Notes under the pieces: generated by a model
The model's database searches: none
What the model saw: only the letters and a program-made list of their open reading frames with translations
Told to the model about the DNA's origin: nothing
Part shown: piece by piece, positions 26,031 through 39,655 of the stretch
How the letters are laid out: the number at the start of each line of letters is the position of its first letter
Position numbering within the stretch: the stretch's first letter is position 1
From: the human T2T-CHM13v2.0 reference genome, Homo sapiens
Length of the DNA: 64,000 nt
Assembly: GCF_009914755.1 (NCBI RefSeq)
Contig: NC_060935.1
Strand: one strand, 5' to 3'
Made by a program: the position numbers and the translations under genes

Positions 26031-28250
26031 ATGAAGAAATAAAGGATAAGACTTACATTTTTGGCTTGAGCAAGTGGGTGGAGAGTCTTGCCATTTACTA
26101 AAATGAATAGGTAAACTATGAGAGGAGCTGGTTGAAGATACTACAGGGGAAAGAAAATCAAGAGTTCTGTTCTGGCATTGAAAACACATGAATATAAAGA
26201 TATGAACAACAGACATTGAGGACCACAAGAAGGAGGAGGGAGTGAGGGCAGCAAGGGCAGGTAGAAAGTTGGATATGTGTATCTAAAGGTCAAAGGAGAG
26301 ATTGATCTGGATATATAAATTTAGACAACATCAGCATGCAGATGATATCTTGGGCCATGAAAATAAATCATTTAGGAAGAGAGTGCAGACAGAATAAGCA
26401 CTGTAAAAAAAAAAAAAAAGCAATATGTAGACATTGGTACAGGAAGAGCACCTATAAAAGAGACTGGGATGAAATTGTCAGAGATCTAGAGAAAGGAAGA
26501 AAACCAAAGGTGGACTGTCAAATAAAGGAGTGGCCACTGGGATACAACTCAAGTGAGAAACTGAGCAAAATGAGAGTATAAATTGTCCATTGGACTTGGC
26601 AACCTGGAGATTGTTGGTAACCTTGACACAAGAAGTTTGGGTGAAGTGTTAAAGTCAGAGACCCAACTCGAGAGTCTGAAAACTAATTAAAGGCTTAAAC
26701 CATGGAACAAGTATGTAAACAGCTATTTTGAGATGTTAAACTGTGAAGCGATGCAGAGAAATGGGCAGTAGCTGAAGAGGGATGAAGGAATCAAAAAAGG
26801 ACTTTTAGGCTTAAGGGAATGTCAATCGTGTTTGTGAACTGAAGAGACTAGCCCTAGAGAAGAGGGTAGGATTGGTAATTTAGGATGAATAGGAGATAGC
26901 CAGAGGAGTAAAACCTTGAGAAGGTAAGAAAGGACAGGATCTAGAACTCCAGGAGTATCCAGCTCCAGGAACTGGGGTGGGAACAGCATATTTTCACCTT
27001 TATACCAGAAGGACCAGAAGCAGAAGACCCAAATGAACTCAGATGTAAGCTAGGGGCATTTATGGCTGATGGTTCTAATTTTTTTAATTAAATACAATTG
27101 AAACAGGATAATTAGATCAGAGTGAAGGGTGCAGGAATGGAGTAGGGAATTTGAGAAGATAGGCAAAGGTAGGAAATAGCATCCTAAATGATGGAAAAGC
27201 AAGTTTATTAACTACAGTTTGAATACCAAGTGGTGGGTTGAGATTATGCATTTAAAAAGAAGCTTCTCAGTTTGTGTGATTTTCTCCAGCAACATACAGT
27301 TGCTCAAATTCTGGCAGGTAATGGGTTGAGTACATTCAGCTTGGAGTTTTGCCAAGTGAGTATGACAGCTATAGAGAGAGACACAGAATGACTGAACAAG
27401 TGATGAAAACTGTGGACCATATAAAGAATGCTCGACAGAAGGAACATGTTGACAAAAGGGCAGGTTCTCACTCGATTTCCAGTCTCTGGATCTGGGCTTC
27501 CCTTCCCTTCCATCTCCCCACAACCACACACACTGCATTTGGATACATGTATGCCTCTCTCTATTCTAACTGGAGGTTGGAAGAGAGATTTAATCAGCTC
27601 CCAGCCCAGCTTCTGGAGTGAAGTCTTGGTCTCCTCTGACTTACAGATGCAGATTCAGCATACAGTACTGAGCACCTCTGAACCCATCCCCGTGCCCAGA
27701 TTGAAACTTCATGTGGTACCCTGGTTCAAAGAACAGGGCTATCATCACCTAGAACCCCTTTCTCAGACCTATGCTTCCATAAAGTAGAGACCCTCAAACT
27801 AGTGGCTAGAGTTCTCCTGCCTGCCACCAACCTTCTCACATCAGGGCCTCCCCACCATGGTCCTTTTTCTGCCTCTCATGTCACCAGCTCTCTCTAAAGG
27901 AGAAAACACTGTAACATGATTGGTCAGAACCCAAACAATCAATGGACCATATTTTACTAATAGGCTTGATCAGTTTTGTAGGTGGTGTTTTGTTTCCTAT
28001 TTGACCATTGTTCCTTGTGGGCACCTTCCTTAGAGAATAATCTAGTGGGAAGAAGGGTTGGCATCTAGGCAGGCCTGTGTTCCTGGCCATCATGTCATTA
28101 TAGCAGAACCCAAAGCTCACTTTGACTCCTCAACCACCCAACAACCTACCAGGATTCCTGGTTAAATGCACCGTAAATTCCCCATGAATTAGCCCTACCC
28201 TCTTAATGATATCCCCAAACCTTCATTTTGACACCCACTACAACATTACT

Positions 28251-28680
28251 TATTATAAATCGAGTTGGGTCCCCAAAAAAGATATGTTGAAGTCCTAACC
28301 CCCAATACCTCAGAATGTGACCTTATTTGGAAATTGGGTCATTGCAGATGTAATTTCTTAAAACAAGTCATACTGGAGTAGGGTAGGCCCTTAGTCCAAT
28401 ATGGTTGGTGTCCTTGTGAGAAGAGAAGAGCTGCAGAGACTCAGGTACACAAGGGAAGAATACCATGTGACAACCGAGGCAGAGACTGAGGTATGCAGCT
28501 CCAAGCCAAGGAATGCCAAGGATTGCTGGCAAAGCACCAGAAGCTAGGAAGAGGCAAAGAAAGATTCTCTCCTACAGGATCAGAAGGAACATGATCCTGC
28601 TATCACCTCAATTTTGGATTTCTGCCTCCAGAACTATGAGACAGTAAATATCTGTTGGTTTAAGTCACCGAGTTTGTGTT
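28251..28680 (+). mobile_element. MLT1C MaLR LTR
   Basis: 'gatatgttgaagtcctaacccccaatacctcagaatgtgaccttatttggaaat', 'caagccaaggaatgccaaggattgctggc'. Confidence 0.9.
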
Positions 28681-29030
28681 GTGTTCCAGGAAGGGTCTAC
28701 ATGACATGTGGCCATGACATCTATCCAGCTCAGGAAACACGGAGTGCTCCAGCCAGCCCAGGAGGAAAGCACCTGTTTCCTTACTAGCAGCGCAAGAAAG
28801 AATTCTGAAAGAGAGCAAGAACGGCTCACATTGAGCCATCTGCATAGTGACCCAGGGAAGCCAGGGCCCCTGGGTGCCATGTCTCTGCACACTAGAGCAG
28901 AGACCACACTCCTCAGGCCACCCAGCATGTCAAGATGTGTGAGGGCGAGATGCCAGGACCCTAGAGGGACTAAACTGTCAGCAAAATGAAAGAAAGTCTG
29001 TTTAACTTCCTCTCAAAAATGAATGACTAA

Positions 29031-29204
29031 GCCAGGTCCAGTGGTGCCCACCTGTAATCTCAGCTACTCAGCAGGCTGAGGCAGGAAGATCTGGAGCCCA
29101 GGAGTTCAAGGCTGCAGTGAGCTATGATCACACCATTGCACTCCAGCCTGGGCAACAGAGTGAGACCCTGTCTCTAAAAAAATAGAAATAAATAAAAAGA
29201 AAAA
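29031..29204 (+). mobile_element. Alu monomer (FRAM-like)
   Basis: Single right-monomer-type unit with A-rich tail. Confidence 0.85.
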
Positions 29205-29677
29205 TCAAAATTATCTTCTTTAAAAAACTATTTACTATCAGAGACAGAATAAATTTTTAGAAGCCTGCTTGATGTTTGAATATCATGAAAGATTCTTGGT
29301 CTCTGTAAGGTAGACTAAAAGAATCACAAATAAAGACTCAGCTGAGTTAAAAATTGGAAAACAAAGGGAACTGGATGAAATTTAAAAGACATAAAGTTAC
29401 AATGGAATAAAAATAAAGTAGCAAAACATTTTAAATAGCCCTAAAGGACAATAAATGACAATGATTAGCAAAATTGACCCTCCAAAAAATATCATCTGCA
29501 ATATAGAGAGCACATTTAGGAAAATCTCCAAGATTAGTGATGAAAGAAAACAGGAGCTGAGAAGGATGAGCGAGGAGGCGATAACCATGGAAACAGATAT
29601 TGAACATCAAATCACAAAAAGTACTCAGAAAGCAAGAAGCACATCCTGATCTAGCATCTAAGGGATTAGTCCAATGT

Positions 29678-30377
29678 ACAAGGCCACTCTTAGGCCAGAG
29701 GGGTCCCTGCCCTGGCTCCCAGATTTTAGAGAGTCCTGCTTTGGCCCTTCCAGGCCATGCCCCTCTCCATGAAGCAAAGTCATGGAGCCAACACGATGAG
29801 CCCATCCCATTGTCCCTTCCCCCACACCCTCCATTCAAACTATACTCTAGGTATCCTGGATTAAATTCTTTGCCCAAACAGTTTGAGTCTGCTTCCCAGA
29901 CTTGTGATGGCCTCTTCCCTGGACTTATCCTTCAAAAATTAGACCACTCCAATAGTGTGCACATGTCTAGGCTTGAAGTGGGCAAGAAGCAGCTGCTTGC
30001 AGGACCTACAGGCAAAGCTTCAACATGCAAGCTGAGATGTCTACCTGTGTGCATGCACTGGCCCCTTGCAAAGCCTCCATGGGTTGCAGCCAGGAGCAGG
30101 AAGAGAAAGTGAGGCAGTCTGGAGTCTGGGGACCATGCACTCGCTCTCTCTGCAATGCGTATTCTCAGAACTCAGAGGAGAATGAGGATTCTAAATTCAA
30201 ACCAGCCTTCCAGGTGCTTATGCAGGTATATATGTCCAGGTAGGAGGACAGAACATATTTTATTCAACAGTATGTTAGCATGACTTATGATGCTTCAATA
30301 TTTAAACATATGGTCTGTGGTCCTCCATTTGTGCTGTTTCCCTGGGCCCCACAATTGTGGGGGACAATCAGGGCTTG
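29678..30377. mobile_element. MER115-like hAT-Tip100 DNA transposon, about full length
   Basis: Right end in reverse reads 'ggggcccagggaaacagcacaaatggaggaccacagaccatatgtttaaatatt'; left end 'ggggtccctgccctgg...ttttagagagtcctgctttggccct'. Confidence 0.65.
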
Positions 30378-31046
30378 CCAGTTACATTCTCGTTTGTGAC
30401 AATCTGCTCCTTCAGGTCACCTATATTAAGAAATGTGACATTTTACCACCGCCTGTGCAGAGAGCAGCAGCCAGCTTCTTTCATAGGCAAGGAGATAAAA
30501 CACTTTCTGGAAGAGCACCTTGCTACAACTAGAACCAGGAGCTGAAGCATCAAAACCCAACAGTGCTCTCTCTTTGGAGTTGAGCCCATGAGAGCAGGAC
30601 CCCATAGTGGAACCCAATGCCATGGATTGCTGACTGAGGTGGCAGCCAGGGTAGAGGTCCTCACTGCCACTGCTGCACTAGGTGTCACCTCAGGATTGTT
30701 TACCTGCTTTCTGCTGGTGAGGCTCAACTGTTTAATTCCTAAATGACATTGTACACAGCCAGTGACATTGTGCTTCTAGTTTCACAGGTATGCCATGGCA
30801 AAATTTACCTCCTTAGGCCTCGGAATTTTCAGATCTTTAATCCAAACAGCCCTGATCAGTTTGACCACGTACCCTCAACCCAAGCATAATGTTTGGGGAG
30901 AGCCACTACTGCTATTTACAGTGACATCTGTGTGTGGCCACTGGGGGAGCTTTTGTGCATTAGGCCATCCCTAATGCATCTCAAGGAGCTTTGGAGGGAA
31001 CAGATTGGACTTCTGGACCGGCTGCTGCTAGTCACAGATGGGTACT

Positions 31047-31458
31047 TATGACAGTTAATTTTACATGTCAGCATGACTAGGCTATGGTACCTAGTTATTT
31101 GGTCAAATACCAGTCTAGATGTTGCAGTGAAGGGTGTTTGTTTTTCAATGTGATTTACATTTAAATCATAGACTTTGAGTGGAGCAGATTACCCTCCCTA
31201 ATAGGGATGGGCCTCATCCAATCAGGTGAAGGCCTAAACAGCAAAGACTGGGGTTTCTCAAAGAAGGGATTCTCTTCAAGATTGCAACAGAGAAACCCTA
31301 TCTGAGTTTCCAGCCTGCTGCCCTGTGGAATTCAGACTCATGACTGCAGCATCTACTCTAATCTGAGTCTCCAGGCTGCCAGCCTGCCCTACAGGCCTAT
31401 AGATCTCTGATTTGTCAGCTCTTACAATCACGTGAGCCAATTCCTTCAAATAAATCAA

Positions 31459-31494
<36 letters not shown>

Positions 31495-31536
31495 CATATA
31501 TATATGCATATCTCCTGAAGAAGCCTAACTAATACA
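31047..31536 (+). mobile_element. MLT2D-like ERVL solo LTR with internal (TG)n
   Basis: 'gttaattttacatgtca', 'gggcctcatccaatcaggtgaaggcct', 'cacgtgagccaattcctt', end 'actaataca'; TSD gtact/gtatt. Confidence 0.9.
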
Positions 31537-32119
31537 GTATTGAAACACTGCATTCTGGAATGCAATGGGAATGGGTGAGCTGGGGATTTTGTTTGTATCC
31601 AACCTGTATAGACAGGCACCTTGCTTAACTAAGATACTTTCAAATCCAATCAAAGCTCCTGATCAAAGGCAGAGGCAGGGTCAGTCTCCAGGCCCGCTAA
31701 GCCCTAGTAATGTAGGAATTGAATTTCAGTGGTGTCCTGGAATCAGACCAGGCTGGCGGGGGAGTCAGGAAGGGAGGCTGCAGCTCAGTGCTCCTGCAGC
31801 CACCTCCTGCTCTGCTCACTGGTTCTGAACAACCTGGTCCCATGAGGCAGCAGGCCAGCCCCAGAAGTCACTCTCTGATGGGGAGGGAATTTACACTGTG
31901 ACAGACCAGGCTCCCATGGGCACAGAGCCTAGGCAGGACTGAGCCCAACGGTGGCTAGTGCTGAAAGCTGCCAGCTGGGGAGGCCTGGAGACCATGGGCC
32001 GGCACAACTGGATGGGGTTCCCACTAACATCCACACATGGCAGACAGAGCCTGGAGTCAGCTTAACCCAGAGTGGCTGCCCTGTGAGTGACAACAAGCAG
32101 GATAGCTGTGGCCAGAATC

Positions 32120-32500
32120 ATGACATGACTTCTGATGATTCTCTCTTTAAGACTTGGTTTCCTCATCTGGAAAAGGGGGCTAATAATACCTGGGAGCTGT
32201 GCAGTGAGAATTAGAAAGGGTAACATCGTGTGGAACCACCAGGCCCATAGCTTATGCCCAAAAGTGTTCGATTCCTTCTTCTTTTCTTAGGAAGAAATCA
32301 GAGATCCTATCATGAGGAGTGACTTCAGCAGGCACTGGAGCCATTTAACTCTGTGACCTTGGACAAGTGACTTTACATCCTCCATGCCTGCCCCTTCATC
32401 TATGAAATGAAATATCTACCATAGAATTATCGTGTAGACCAGTGGAGACAGCCCATGCAGGTAGAGCACTTAGCGGAGTAAGCTCTCGGTAAGTGTTAGA
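32120..32500 (+). mobile_element. Two tandem MIR fragments
   Basis: 'gtttcctcatctggaaaaggggg' and 'ctgtgaccttggacaagtgactt'. Confidence 0.7.
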
Positions 32501-34063
32501 AAAAGAAGGCTGTCAACCTCCTGCTCTTCAGGAGGAAACAGCAACAACCAGGGCAGATTTAATCTGCTCTTATGATATGGTAGGACAGAGGAGAAGCAAA
32601 TGGCAGTGCTATGATTTTCAGGGTGGTGCCGGCTCTTCCCCTGCCTGGTCAGCGTGAGTGTTGGCCTCCTGCTGAAGCCTTCAGCCTAGAATATTGCACT
32701 TCGCCACCTGTCACCCAGGCTCATTAGTCCGAGGCAGTGAGCGGATGTGCCTAATGACAGACGCAGCCCTGTGTGCAGAATGCGAGGCCCTGAGGCTGGT
32801 TCCAAACACATGGTGCACTCAAAGAATGGAGCCAGCCTGGCCAGTCCATTCTCCAGACTGGAAAGGGAGGCCTGGGGCTCTGGACAGATGGCTCTTACCT
32901 CTTTTGTCTCGCTCAGCTTGGGAGGAAGCATCTTCCTGTGATTGGAGCACATTTTCTTGCCCTTCTTCAACAAATGGGTTAAGGTTAAGAAATCCTCCTG
33001 GTTTGGAATATGTAGGGAGGGGAGGTGCAAGTTATAAGCACATCTGCCTCCCGAGGGGGATGGGTCCTTTTCAATGACAATCCTTCATGAATAATCAAAG
33101 GTATGCAAAGGTGGCCAGAAGGAGCTCCATTGAGAGGAGAGGCCACTAAAGAAAGCAGAGAGGGGAGAAAAAGGTTGAGAAGCAATACTCCCAGTTGATG
33201 AAAGAACTAATGAACATTCTAGGATCAGGACATCTAACACCCAATTTTAAGCTATGTATCTTTCTTATTTATTCAAGTCTTCGATAGAGTCTGCTATACA
33301 CACAAATCAAATCCATATGTGAATTTGTGTGTGTGTACATTCAGAAAAGGGGTGAGTTCCACCTCTGAGTAAACATGGTGCAGACATAAAGCCACAAGGG
33401 ATCACAGAAACCTTAGAGAGGAACTGGACCTTCCACAATCATGGAATCAAGTCTTTCTTATTCCAAGCTTAAGAGATAAGGAGATCCCAGCTGACATCTG
33501 GTACACCAAATATGTAAACCAGGTTTAGTCGGACGATCATCTAACAGAGCGCTGGTCCTGCAAACTCTGCTCCATCTATCAGAGAGATGAAGTTTTTTAG
33601 CAGCCACTCCCTTTGCTCAGCCTTGCCTCCTTCAGTTCTTGCTTTCCAAGGCAAACAGCTATGTCTAGAAATGAAAGCATTTGTGGGGAATGCCGTGCAC
33701 CCTATATTTGCAGGTGAAAATCAGACTTGTCCCCTGCAACACTCCCAGGATTCCAAGGACAGAATGCCTGGAGTCAGTCATACCAGGCTTTCTATACCCT
33801 CTAGCCTCGCCTTCCTCTTGCAACAAAAAGACTCACTTGGAATTGATCTACACTGTTGCCTTGCAAAGTAACTAGCAGCCCATAATGTTTTTGGAATTAT
33901 CTCTGTGTGGCCCTTGCTTCTCCATCCATCCCCACCACCTCCACAAGTAACACCCTCCTGCCTGCTGTGATGTGGAGGGCTGGGACTTTCCTCAGCGGGT
34001 AGTCAATTCTTACTTCCTGGTTTTAAATTAACCACATTGTAAAAATCCCAAAGCCCAGAAAGC

Positions 34064-34500
34064 TAATAATTATAATAATAAAATAATAACAGCAAACAGA
34101 TATTGGATACCCAGTCTATGACAAGCACTTTGCCAGGCTCTTTGCCCAAACTGTTAACACCTCATTCTAACAGCAACCCTATGCAGTAGGTGCTATATGA
34201 CTATTCCTATTTTCCAGGTGAGGAAACTGATAAAATTCAGAATTTGGTAATATATTTTGACCTACTTGACATCAGCTTTCACTTTAATTATTTCTTTTTT
34301 TTTCAAAAATCATTTATTGAATACCCACTGTGTGCCAATATGGTAAATCTTATTATTCCTATGAGGAAACTGAGCTCAAGGTGGTGAACTGAAATCATCC
34401 AAGAGTGCTTAGCTAGTCCATGGCTGATCCCCATGACTGTGCCTCAGGACTGGATCTATGAGGAACTCTGAGTTATAAGCCTGCCCATGGTCCACTTTCA
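34064..34500 (-). mobile_element. Two MIR fragments
   Basis: 'ttttccaggtgaggaaactga' and 'atgaggaaactgagctcaag'. Confidence 0.7.
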
Positions 34501-34519
34501 TTAGAATTTCAAGCCTAGA

Positions 34520-34791
<272 letters not shown>

Positions 34792-35557
34792 TCAACCGTA
34801 GGAAAGACTTCCAGAATGTGGTACAAACAACATTGGCAGGAAAGAGGGGTGGAAATACACCAGACAATAAGAAAGTCAGGGGCTTCCCAAGTTCCACATA
34901 TTCAGTTCAAGAGAATAAAGGAATCATTCAATTTCAAGGTTTAATTAAGTTTCTTTTTTTAGCAGATTTTCAGGACCATACCAAATCCCAGGCCAGATTT
35001 CACTCTTCCTATCACCAATCGCCCTGGAAGCCGACTCCTTAATAGCTGGAAACACAGTTTCTGCATGTCTGCATTTGATCTTTCCCCCATGGCAGAAAAT
35101 CAAGGGCCCTGTGCGGCTGGTGCAGTAAGTCAGCAGCCCACCTGGGCCAGGTAGGAGGAGAGGGAGCAGTGGCCAGCCAAATAGGAATGGGGATCTCACT
35201 CTGCCCATGAGGCTGGCCAAAAAGGGGTGGCAAAAGGAGCTGAACAGTATCTCAAAGCTCAGCTATCTGAGGCTCGGCAATGCTTTCCAGATACAAGAAA
35301 GACGAGCTCTCTGCCTCTATTACAGGTGGGAGGGGCAGCCATCCCCTCACATTTCAGGACCACTCAGAGGTGCTAAAGGATTTGTGGTGAGATAAAGCCA
35401 GGAGACTTTACTGCGACCTCCCCCTCTGTGCCAACCCACAGCAATGTGAGCTCAAAAGTCACAGCAACAGATCAATGACAGCTAGTTCCATACTAGTGCC
35501 GCATGCTTCACACATGGTCCCTCATGAAAACCCCACCATGGCCCAAAGAGGGTGGCC

Positions 35558-36010
35558 GTGTCACTGGGATAGCCCCAGCCTCATCCAAGCAATTGGAAAA
35601 ACTTTTAACAGATCTTCTTTAGCATCTTTATCTATAGACACAGCTGCTTAAAGAAATCAGATAGCCCAGATGCCACAAGAGTCTCGTGACCCCTTGCAGA
35701 ATGCCAGGAGTTAAGACCCAAAAGAAACCGGTGCAAACCAGAACAGGTGACCTCCAGTTACATTTAGGTCATGAATATATCATTACAGCTCTAAACTCCC
35801 CTCCCCAAAAGAAGACTGCTGCCATTTGGTGTACATGTGCTAGATGAAGAAGCACATTCAGGGACTGTGCCTGTGCATCTGGAGTTCCACCCTGTGCATC
35901 CCAACTTGCCCTCCCCCATCTACCTCTTCAAACTCCCTGGCTTTGCATCACTCAGGGGAGGTGCCTTTAGAGAATGGGCTCCTCTTCTCCATTCTTTGGC
36001 CATTGGAGTG
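35558..36010 (+). mobile_element. Possible ERV LTR remnant (family uncertain)
   Basis: LTR-like composition and motifs ('gccatttggtgtacatgtgc', 'ggactgtgcctgtgca'); no TSD found. Confidence 0.3.
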
Positions 36011-36716
36011 GCAGACCCAGGATTGGAGGCATGGTCCATCTACTGGCAAATGTTTACCTATATGTGGCTTAGCCTCCTTCTGGGCTCTGATTCCACCTGC
36101 CACCCTCCAAATCACCCTAGACACAGGAATGTGTCCCCTCCCTTAACACTTCAGAGACCAGCTCTCCCACATGTACCAAGGAAACTGTAGCTTACTCTCC
36201 TTTTTGCCCAAGGTTAGGTGTTTCTCAGCCTCAACAACTGTGTCAAATACCTAGTTTTTACAGGCAACTTCTGGTGTCCTCCTCCATTATTGAGCATGAG
36301 GAAAACAAGATTTTTTTTTTTTTCATCTGGGGGCCCAGGAGGTAAGGCTTCTCTCAGTCTCAGCTTCTCTGCTCTGCAATGCCATCGGTCCCCAAATTCT
36401 GGCAAAATAAGTCCTGCTGGAAGAAGCCTCTGCTCCTTACCTCCAGCCAGGAACTGCCCCTGTGTGTGAGACCCATGGGTTGAAGAGACCCCTGGCAAAT
36501 GGTCCTCCTGACCTTTCTCAGGAGTGAGAAGTGATACACTTCCAAGGTGAGCTCCTGGATAGTGAATTCACACCAAGGTGACAGGAAAAACTTCCCAGCT
36601 GTGGAAAAGAAAAATAATGCCTGTGGCTTGAGGGATGGGGAGGCAGTGATGGAAGCTCCCAGAATGCTGTCCTCACTGGGTAGACTTTTGCTCTAAGTGC
36701 TCCTTCAGTATGAAGG

Positions 36717-37199
36717 TGACACAGGAGGCAGGACTCTACTCTGGAGGCAGGGCTCGGACATGGGACCAAACTGAGGAATAGCTAAAACAGGATCAGGCTG
36801 AAAGCAGTTTTCCATAAGACACACCCACCAGTGTGCCATGTCAGATTACTATTGTCATGGCAACATCCATAAGTTACTGCCCCTTTCCACAGCAATGACC
36901 CAGTGACCTGGAAGTTACCACCCTCATCCTAGAAATTTCCACAAAACTACCCCTTGGTCTTCATATATTAAAAGTGGGTATAAATATGACTGCAAAACTG
37001 CCTCTGAGCTGCTATTCTTGGCACACTGCCTATGGAGTAGCACCACTCCACAAGGAGCAGTACCTCTGCTGCCATACACTGCTGCTTCAACAAAAGTTGC
37101 TGTCTAACACCACCCGCTGGCCCTTGAATTCTTTCCTGGGTGAAGCCAACAACCCTCCCAGGCTAAGTCCCAATTTTGGGGCTTGCCTGTCTTGCATCA
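36717..37199 (+). mobile_element. MER66-like ERV1 solo LTR
   Basis: TG...CA ends; 'gaggaatagctaaaacagg', TATA 'gggtataaatatgac', 'cttgaattctttcctgggtgaagccaa', end 'cttgcatca'. Confidence 0.8.
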
Positions 37200-38313
37200 A
37201 ACAGATTTAGTATGCACTGCCAGAGATTGGGTGGTAATGAATTCCTTCTCCTAGCAGGTGGGCTACTGTTACACTGGCATTTTAGGCATTTCCATTAAAA
37301 TGTTGCATCCACTAACAAATACTTCCCAAAATGTATCACTTGCAACCACGTGAGCTCAGGGGACAGAGCTGAGAAACCTGGAGCCTTACAGATGCCTGAC
37401 TTAGTACAGCCACCAACTATCAGCCCAGAGCCAGACCCAAACTTCTCAGAGTGGCCAGCAGAAATTCAAGAGCAAAAGAACACACAAAAAAATTCTGAGA
37501 TCTTTTTGAAGAAATGATTCTTCAGAATATAGGACAACCAAAAGCTGGATAAAGAAGGAAGGTAGTAAAGGAAGTTCCATTGTTGGGACAAAGAGGACGT
37601 CTCTGATGCACAAATAATGCTGCTGATATTTGTGTCCTAAACCAATGGAGAGCTACATTTTTATTTTTTGCACAGACTAACACGGGGGGTTTGGAGGGTT
37701 ATTAAATATTTATGAATTTATTTTTTCACATTCAAAATGAAAATAGCTCTCTTGAATCCTATGGGAAAGAATATATATCTTCTCATTGTTGTGCAGAAAT
37801 GTGTTAGTGTGAGAACTGTGCTTTCGACCATTCAAAAAATATAATATCTGGGCATATTTGAAAGGGAACAACAGAAACAGCCTTCATATTTGTTATGCCT
37901 TAGAATTGTTTAGGGCTGTAGAGTTCACATGGTGCATTCACTGCTCTTTCTCCGCATGGGTACCTACGGAGCCTAGGGAAAGCACAAGATTAAAGACGGA
38001 ATTTTGCAGAGATGTGGAGGTGGGACTCCTTTTAAAATGCAAGGATCCTTGAGAAGGAACAAATGAACAAGTTCAGCAAGCTCTTCTCATATCCCGTAGG
38101 TGAAGCTTCCGGTCTTTAATGCCTTGAGCATGGAGGGATGGAGATGGGAAGTTTGAGGGAATGTTAGGAAAACACTGCCTACCTAAAACAATGGGTTTGA
38201 ATTTTGAGTTACTCCCTTATACTTATCCCACCCCTAGGCATTGTAAATAAGGGGTCCAAGAACTTTTAAATGATGGTAGCCTTTAATCTGCAGATGTATA
38301 CTGGTGATGCTCA

Positions 38314-38842
38314 TGTATTCATTTTTTCATGTGTGTGGTTGTTGAAGTAAATTATCACAAACTCGGTAGCCCAAAAGAACAGAAATTTATGCTCTCGCAG
38401 TTCTGGAGGTTGCAAGTTCATAGTCAGCATCACTGGGCCAGAATCAGGGTGTTAGCAGAGCTCCCTCCAGAGGTCTAGGAGAAAATCTACTCCTTAGCTT
38501 CTCCTACTACTTCCTTGGCTGCTAGCATTCCTTGGCTGATGGCCACATCACTCCAATCTTGGGTTAACATCCCCAAATCTCTCTCTGCTCCGTCTTCCCA
38601 TCTCCTTCACTTCTCCACCTTTGACACCAGAGGATGTCACATCTCCCTCTGCCTTCCTCTTGTAAGAATACATGTGATTGCATTTCAGACCCACCCAGAT
38701 AATCTAGGATAATCCTCCATCCCCAAATCCTTAACTTAATCACACCTGCAAAGACATCCCCCTCCCCCGATTTTTGCCATATAACATTCTTAGGTCCTGG
38801 GGATTAGATATCTTTTGGGGGAGCTATTTTCAGCCAACCACA
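38314..38842 (-). mobile_element. MLT1C/D-like MaLR solo LTR
   Basis: 'acagaaatttatgctctcgcagttctggagg', 'cccacccagataatctaggataatc', end 'cagccaaccaca'. Confidence 0.85.
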
Positions 38843-39429
38843 CCCCAGTTGGTTGTGGTAGAAAACATTACTTTAAAAAAGGAGTTAAGATCCCTTTTCT
38901 ACTCATGTTATGGAAGGGAGGAAGGAGAGACAGAAACTGGGGAATAGGCATGTGCTGGCAGTACAGTCAGAGGCCAGACTCTGTAAATAAGAGAACAGGA
39001 GAGCTGGATCCAGGGAGAAGATGGAGAATCAGACCTTCTAAGAGAGTTCCCATTCAGGAACCAGTATGTAAGAGGTAGATGGGAGGAGTTTGGATTCTTG
39101 GGGCTAGAGAAGCTTGGAGAGGAGGGTCAGTGGCCTCTATGCAATCAGGGAACAGGCCTGGGACACAGATAGAGAATGGATCCATTGCCATGACAGCTTG
39201 GGCTTAGATTAAAGATATATAAGAAAGAATTATATTCAACCCTTCTGAGCATTTGACACAGGTCGTCCTCACGCTTGAATCACTCCCTTCTGGCTCTCCC
39301 ACTTCTCTGATTGTCCCCTCTAAGTCTCTGCCTTTAGCTCCAACTGTCCACAGCAGTAACCTGCTCCTAAGGTACCCACTGTGGGCTCTTTTTCCATCCT
39401 TGATTCACTTCCTGCACAATAAATAGGGT

Positions 39430-39655
39430 GAGACAGTAGGTGTTAAAAGCACTGGCACTGAAGTCCCACTGCCTGGATTTCAATTCTGGCTGTACCCACT
39501 CCTGTAGGTGTGGTCTCAGACAAGTTACTTATGGGCTGTACCACTGAGCTTTAGAATCTTCTCGTGTAAAATGAGGACAATAGGGTTGTCTGAGGAGCTA
39601 ACAAGATAAAGCATGCAGTTAGCTGGCAGCTCGTGGATGGTGCCCACTGCTATTC
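39430..39655 (+). mobile_element. MIR SINE
   Basis: 'actgcctggatttcaattctggct', 'gtaaaatgaggacaatagggttgt'. Confidence 0.7.

Larger units (their letters stand above)
24620..27210 (-). mobile_element. Long L2 fragment, interrupted by an L1M 3' end and an AluJ
   Basis: 'taagcacctactcc...gcattgtgctgagagctgggtacacagtggtga', 'gagttctgttctggcattg', 'ccattggacttggcaacctggagattgttggtaaccttgac'. Confidence 0.8.

Noticed and set aside
30936-30951. CTCF-like tggccactgggggagc
   Set aside because: Lacks the core AG spacing of the CTCF motif.
31491-31510. 20-bp palindrome TATGCATATATATATGCATA
   Set aside because: Low-complexity part of the MLT2 internal microsatellite.
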